Shown piece after piece: positions 57,001 through 64,000 of a DNA stretch of 64,000 bases. This DNA is from Tubiluchus corallicola (Eukaryota; Animalia; Priapulida). The position numbers were made by a program, and so were the translations under genes. Positions within the stretch are counted from its first letter, which is position 1, and every line of letters starts with the position of its first letter. The stretch is from positions 124,001 through 188,000 of the forward strand of contig JAQGDQ010000210.1 of assembly GCA_030141605.1 (NCBI GenBank), read 5' to 3'. The notes under the pieces were generated by a model. That model was not told the origin of the DNA. It was given only the letters and a program-made list of their open reading frames with translations, and made no database searches.

Positions 57001-58382
57001 AATCTAGCGGCTTTTCTTAACAGCTATTAAGTATCACAATTTGAGATGTTTTCTTGCTAGTTTTGTTCTTCGATAATGAAGGTGACCGGATCAAGTGTAA
57101 ATTCAACCGAACCGTAAAACTTTTCACGCTAGAATGTTTATATGATTTCTCAAATGTGCTTTAAACAGCTTAATTTCATACAGCTGTGAAAGCTGAATGA
57201 AGTTTTGGACACGTTTAAATGTTATACACGGTGTCTCATAAATCCATGTCCAATATCACTGTGCACGACATGCGCTAAATACAAGTCTAACAGTCTTTTA
57301 GATATAATTTATGATTCTTTATTGTCCAAAATGGGCAATCATCGTCTCGTCCCAAAATCACTATCACATCATGACATATTTGACTGACTAAATGACTGAC
57401 ATATTATGTGCGATTCGACTTCGTTTTATCTGAAGCAAATCAAAAACATTTTCTGCTAATCCAATGTCAAAAGGATGATTAACTGTTATAATGAAAATGT
57501 ATGATAATATTATGAAATATGAAGAAATCAAACTTACATCTTTGCCGCATCTTACTAACTTGCTAAAGAGAACTCGACTGACAAAACGACACGACGTACA
57601 TGAGGCCAATGGCCTATTTCCTGTCCTAGCTCACCTGTCTATCAACAGCCTAAATTTGCAAGAAACAATTACAAGGAGGCACCACGTGTTTATATCCAAA
57701 ACAATCACTAAGCACTTGAAAATAAATATTTCCACTGTTAGACATACATTTCCGAGTAACAAATTAAGTACCTGCCGCTTGTAAATAACTGTAGGAAGTA
57801 CCCAAGAAAGTATGTATATAGTTATTTCTGTAGTTCTTGTGTGCAAGTATGTAAATAGAAAACTTGACTTAGCGCCTTCATTAACTAATTAATGTGTCCA
57901 ATGAATAAGGCCTGGCATAAAATTCAAGGCAGAAATTAAGAGACAGGGAGAGACCTGATCTGCCGTAAAGTAGTTGTTACAGGTTTCTTCCCATAATGCT
58001 TTAGGAAATATAGTTCCCCCCCACAAATAAGTGCATTGTAGGAAAGGGGTATAGCTTGTCCCCGTTATAGGGAATATAAGTTTTCCCAAAATGATATATT
58101 GAAATTGTAAACAGTTTTTGTTGTGACGTCTACTAATATCTTTACTTTCACAGGATTTTTATTATGAATTGTGTGTTCTGTTGAATTGTGAATAAGTACA
58201 TCATGATGTTTTAGTTTATTGTTTATTCGTTTCATTCACTTACATACAAGGAATCACCAAATTGGACAACGGATGCTGATAATAAATCTTTTCGAGAAAA
58301 AACTTTTAGATACATTTAGTTTGATACAACGTCTCTCCCTTCTTATCTGAGCGAACGGAACGAACCAAACACTAAATTCGAA

Positions 58383-59430
58383 TTGTTCTCGACATGGCGC
58401 CGAAAGCACTGTGTCGACTTTAGTCTTGTTCTCGACATGGCACCAAAAGCACTGTGTCGACTTTAGTCTTGTTCTCGACATGGCACCGGATGCACTGTGT
58501 CGACTTTTTAGTCTTGTTCTCGACGTTACACCGGATGCACTGTGTCGACTTTTTAGTCTTGTTCTCGACATGGCACCGGATGCACTGTGTCGACTTTAGT
58601 CTTGTTCTCGACATGGCGCCTAAAGCACTGTGTCGACTTTTTAGTCTTGTTCTCGACGTGGCACCGGAAGCACTGTGTCGACTTTTTAGTTTTGTTCTCG
58701 ACATGGCACCGGATGCACTGTGTCGACTTTAGTCTTGTTCTCGACATGGTGCCTAAAGCACTGTGTTGACTTTTAAGTCTTGTTCTCGACGTGGCACCGG
58801 AAGCACTGTGTCGACTTTTTAGTTTTGTTCTCGACATGGCACCGGATGCACTGTGTCGACTTTAGTCTTGTTCTCGACATGGTGCCTAAAGCACTGTGTC
58901 GACTTTTTAGTCTTGTTCTCGACGTGGCACCGGAAGCACTCTGTCGACTTTTTAGTTTTGTTCTCGACATGGCACCGGATGCACTGTGTCGACTTTAGTC
59001 TTGTTCTCGACATGGTGCCTAAAGCACTGTGTTGACTTTTTAGTCTTGTTCTCGACGTGGCACCGGAAGCACTGTGTTGACTTTTTAGTTTTGTTCTCGA
59101 CATGGCACCGGATGCACTGTGTCGACTTTTTAGTCTTGTTCTCGACATGGTGCCGAAAGCACTGTGTAGACTTTTTAGTCTTGTTCTCGACATGGCGCCG
59201 AAAGCACTGTGTCGACTTTAGTCTTGTTCTCGACATGGCGCCGAAAGCACTGTGTAGACTTTTTAGTCTTGTTCTCGACATGGTGCCGAAAGCACTGTGT
59301 AGACTTTTTAGTCTTGTTCTCGACATGGCGCCTAAAGCACTGTGTCGACTTTTTAGTCTTGTTCTCGACATGGTGCCGAAAGCACTGTGTTGACTTTAGT
59401 CTTGTTCTCGACATGGTGCCGAAAGCACTG
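58383..59430. repeat. 43/45-bp satellite, ~23.5 copies, with a 133-bp higher-order trimer
   Basis: Unit TTGTTCTCGACATGG(C/T)(A/G)CC(GGAT/GAAA/TAAA)GCACTGTGTCGACTTT(TT)AGTC; a 43+45+45 trimer repeats over ~58590-59120. Confidence 0.97.
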
Positions 59431-60255
59431 TATGTATAACTCAGGCAAAATTTATACTGGTTTTAACGTAAATTTTAGCAAAAGTCCTTGTTCTTAAATA
59501 TATGTAAGTAAAGCGTGAATGTAGAAAAGTTTGTAATTTTTAATGCTTTTCTAATAGTGCAATCTAAATAATCCTAGTGAAAGAATTCTGTTATTATGGA
59601 CCTTAGTTACCATAAATAATTGCTAAAATGTTTTATAGGCAAGTTTGTGGTACATGTATTATGGACATAATTATAATTGACCTGTTGTATATATACGCGT
59701 ATATCATGATGCAGTGCAGAATTATCGGCCTGCAAATAGAGGCCTTGCATAATATATATTGATGATATTTACACATATATATTGTGCAAATAAAGATTTA
59801 TCATCATTATCATCGCAAAAAACATGATTAATAGCCCTGTAACTGCTGGGCGACACTTTACTTGCAAAATATGTCAATAAAATTTGTCAATAAAATGAAG
59901 TAAAAGATGAAGAAAGAAAATTTACAACAAGCCTTGTGTTTCTACATGAAAAACTTAAAAGCGCCAATAAATAAATTCCATGCCTTGTTTTGCTAAAACC
60001 GTACATGAATTTACAGACTTTCAAAAACAAGGAGTTGATTTTAACTGCGTTGCTGTGTCATGCAGCTGCTATGTATTTTTATTTAAACTTGTGCAGTGTA
60101 ACGCGCGCGCTTCCTGAAAACAAACATAGGAACCATCCACGATCGTATTTCCCTTTCTCAATCAGTGCTTGTGAAACCAACTAAGCTCACGTTACCGCCC
60201 TTTAGCTAATACTTAAGCAATTCCTGGTTGCTCTGAGTCGCAGTTGTTGTTTGCG

Positions 60256-60853
60256 ATGCGTTCAGAAGTCGCCTGCTGCTTCGTCTTCCTCCACGCCTAT
60301 GTGGTGACAGTAGAAAGTCTGCAATGTAAAGAGTTAAACTTCTTTCAAGACGGAGCAGACGATTCACCTCGATGCTATTGCGAGACACGCAGAGGTTTCT
60401 TATGGATTACGTGTTGGAATCTCGCATCGTCTCACCTTCTACGCGTTGTTGCAGAACTCGAGGTACCTCTTGCCTCTTTCAAATTAGTGCGCTACAAAGG
60501 CAAGACTTTACCTCCTGGATTCCTCCAGGGTAAATCGTTTACAAAATTAGATATTGTGGAAAATACAGAGAATTTAGTACTTCATGAGGACACGTTTGCC
60601 GGCTTAGAGGCAGAGCAAATATCGTTTCTAAATGGCAACATGAGAAGCGTTCCATCAACTTTATTTCAACCAGTGAACAAACTCAGAACAATAACTATAT
60701 CTGGAATGGTAAACTTTGAAAGAGCAAATCTGGACTTGTCTACGTTGCCATTGATTAAATGGATAGCTTTGAATGACAATAACGTAAAGCATTTGTCAAA
60801 GCCATTGTTTCACGATCACGTGATGACAAAAGACGTGATTATGAGAACCTACA
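60256..60853 (+). CDS. Small secreted leucine-rich-repeat protein, exon 1
   Basis: Hydrophobic signal-like N-terminus (MRSEVACCFVFLHAYVVTVES), LRRNT-like C..PRCYC...ITC, and degenerate LRRs (TLPPGFLQG, LHEDTFAGL, NMRSVPSTLFQPVNKL, IALNDNNVKHL). Donor A|GTAAGT, phase 1. Confidence 0.85.
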
Positions 60854-61294
60854 GTAAGTAGAAAAGCGCGCGTTCCCACGTTCCATTCAGTTTCGTCATC
60901 TGTTGCAGATTATGTAACTTTTTCTTATGGCAATGATTATAGCTTTAATCACTAGAGAGGCTCGCAAAACATTTGCAGTTAAAATGCGGTGGGACCTATT
61001 TTAAACAGTAGGTCCTAGTGACGTGATGAAACGAGCTCATGATTATTTGAAATTTTTGAACTTAAAGTAAATTAAGCCTAAAAGACGTGAAATATGAAAA
61101 AAAAACAGTACAGAGGCTAGGTTTGAACCAGGACCTTGCGCTAACCCGGGTCTTGGTCCAAATACAGGCTTTGTTTCGACGTTTTCACAAATTCTTCCTT
61201 TCAAGTAAGTTTGCTCTCAAAATTTCTAATGAATAATGAGTTCATTTCATTGACTCGCTATTATTCTTAGTAATATTAACCTTATTAACGTCAA

Positions 61295-61460
61295 TATAGA
61301 TGGATGGGTGGATTGATGTGTGGATGGATGGATGGATGGATGGATGGATGGCTGGATGGATGGATGGATGGATGGATGGATGGACGGACGGACGGACGGA
61401 CGGACGGACGGACGGACGGACGGACGGACGGATGGATGGTAGGGTGGATGGGTAGATAGA
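61295..61460. repeat. (GGAT)n-(GGAC)n microsatellite
   Basis: Read directly. Confidence 0.95.
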
Positions 61461-61499
61461 TTTTCGAGTGGGTGTAATAATTCGGGCTACTATGTTCTG

Positions 61500-62058
61500 G
61501 CACTCGTAAATATGATTACATAACTCCTGTTCTCATGCAATTGCACTGGTTGCCTGTTTCTTTCAGCATAAAATACAAAATCTTATTAACATTCAAAGCT
61601 CTTAAAGGTTTAGTGCCGTCCTATATATCTGATTTCTTGAAGCCATACGTGCTCAAACGTAACCTTACATCAATTAATTCATCAAAGCTTGTTGTACCGC
61701 GTTATAATCTAGTCATATCTGGTTCTCATAGTTTTAGCGTAGCGGCACCAAAATTATGAAATGATTTACCAATTCATGCACGATAATCAATAATGTTCAA
61801 AAGTTCAAATCATTCCTTAAAACTTATTTTTACAAAGAAGCATTTTTAATTAATTAGATATTTAATATGGACTTATGGATTTAATAATGAGTGATTTCTA
61901 GTGATTTTTATACACATGTATTATGATTTTAGTTTTATATTTAATAACCTATTATGTATGTACTGTTTATGTATTAATATTTTATGTATGTAAAATGCAT
62001 TTCTCCATTTTTAATGTTAGTGCATTTTAAATATTCAATAAATTTATAATTATTATTA
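61500..62058 (+). mobile_element. L2/CR1-group LINE 3' fragment, decayed
   Basis: [57 protein letters not shown] is the typical L2 ORF2 C-terminus. An AT-rich 3'UTR follows, ending AATAAATTTATAATTATTATTA. Confidence 0.88.
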
Positions 62059-62790
<732 letters not shown>

Positions 62791-63201
62791 AGCTAAAAGC
62801 TTTCTTTACATACAAAACTGAAATTAAAAACTGAATAAAATTGCACTAGCAGTTTAAAGTGGCGTTTATGTAACTTGCGGATGCGGATGCTTTTTCCCAA
62901 TTGCAGAATAGCATGCGGAAAAAATAGGAAATAGCTGCAGAAAAAGAATAACGCATAGCAGGCTGCATAAACGGGTGCATTGAAAACAATATGAACCGAT
63001 TTTATCTATTCCGCATCCCGGAACATTAAAAAATATAAGCTTAAATAATACTTTAATTGCTTATGTTTGCTGGAGGTTGACATATATAGAAGCTACATGC
63101 TGCACCAATTTCTGATCTACGTGTACGTACTATATACTGAAGTAAATGGATAAATGAGTGTTTAAATGGTAATGCTAACGCATTGCAAGTTTATTTTGCA
63201 G

Positions 63202-63371
63202 ACAACCCGCTAGAGTGCGACTGCGACTTGCAATGGTTGTGGACTACAAACTGGAGAATTTGGCAGACCAATTTAGGAACATGCGGCGGACCACCAGATA
63301 AAAAGTCTCAAGAAGTTAGCAAACTAAGTGCCATTCCTTCGACTGAGTGCCAGCGTGATCGCGGTACGTAA
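63202..63371 (+). CDS. LRR protein exon 2 (LRRCT cap)
   Basis: Acceptor TTATTTTGCAG| is phase-compatible with exon 1 and gives YNNPLECDCDLQWL...TCGGP...EC, the LRRCT consensus NPxxCxCxLxWL. Confidence 0.88.
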
Positions 63372-63552
63372 ATGAAATTCCAGGCATTCCAAGAGATTCA
63401 ATTTCCAAAAACCCTGGCAGTAAAAAAAACCTCTGTCGTGTACACTTTATGGAAAAATCATGTAGAGCCTAACCCTCCTACTGCTTCAAAATAATTGTAT
63501 TCACACAATGGTCTATTGAATTGAGTACATTTTGTAAACTGTTTAGAAGGCA

Positions 63553-64000
63553 TTAAAGGAAAAGGCAAGCCTTCTAGCAGGTTAGACGTATTTCAATGTT
63601 CACGAAAAATCTTAGAAGGATTTAGTAATAAAAGCGCAATAAGCACCTCGTGTAACTCGTAAAATCACTTTAAAGTCGCGATCATTTCACGCTTGGGCGC
63701 TTCCATTTTCAAAGCCCACTTTTCTCCAATGACGTCATTCGTCTTGAAGAAAAGTAACGCGCTGTCAATCTTCACCAAAAGTATAACAATTTTTTCAAAA
63801 AAATAGGTAGCTAATTTTGTAATAATTTAGCATGAAGATGAAGAACATCAGATAAGCTGTAGAAGTTTTAATCAGTTTCAGCAGCGCGCGCTTACGGAGA
63901 GCCACGACGCGCTTACGAAAAGGCACGAAGTCTCCCAGCTACGTCATGATTTTCAAGTGAATGGCGGCAACCACCACGCCTGTAAATTTCTTTACAGCGA
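63553..64000 (-). mobile_element. MITE family A copy 4, running off the window end
   Basis: Begins TTAA|AGGAAAAGGCAAGCCTTCT, the reverse complement of copy 2's right end. Colinear with copy 3 but lacks the LINE. Confidence 0.9.

Noticed and set aside
58383-59430. CRISPR-like array of palindromic repeats, or repeat-protein ORFs
   Set aside because: Units are contiguous with no unique spacers, there are no cas genes, and the context is eukaryotic. The overlapping ORFs on both strands are repeat artefacts.
58383-59430. Hammerhead ribozyme satellite (CGAAA loops)
   Set aside because: The catalytic CUGANGA box is absent from the unit.

Overview
AT-rich, intron-containing animal (invertebrate-like) genomic DNA; not prokaryotic. 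Three spliced + strand genes can be built by hand with consistent GT-AG intron phases. (1) A tyrosylprotein sulfotransferase (TPST): 4 coding exons, 37944-42885, about 388 aa. (2) A Q50 paired-like homeobox gene: 3 exons, 48651-53575, 266 aa, with an N-terminal eh1/octapeptide, an Uncx/Shox-like homeodomain and a C-terminal OAR motif. (3) A small, probably secreted leucine-rich-repeat protein: 2 exons, 60256-63371, 255 aa. The first ~37 kb has no recognisable coding exon. It contains minisatellites, microsatellites, TTAA-flanked MITEs and decayed SINE-like pieces. Most notable observations: the homeobox gene's hybrid architecture; a 5'-truncated LINE nested, with a target-site duplication, in a Kolobok/T2-type MITE inside the homeobox intron; two related minisatellites facing each other in inverted orientation; a satellite whose units fold into a 12-bp RNA stem followed by a U-tract; and microsatellites that change by single-base steps. 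No CRISPR array, rRNA or intact tRNA gene was found. I found nothing I can demonstrate to be a new biological system; the findings are leads.
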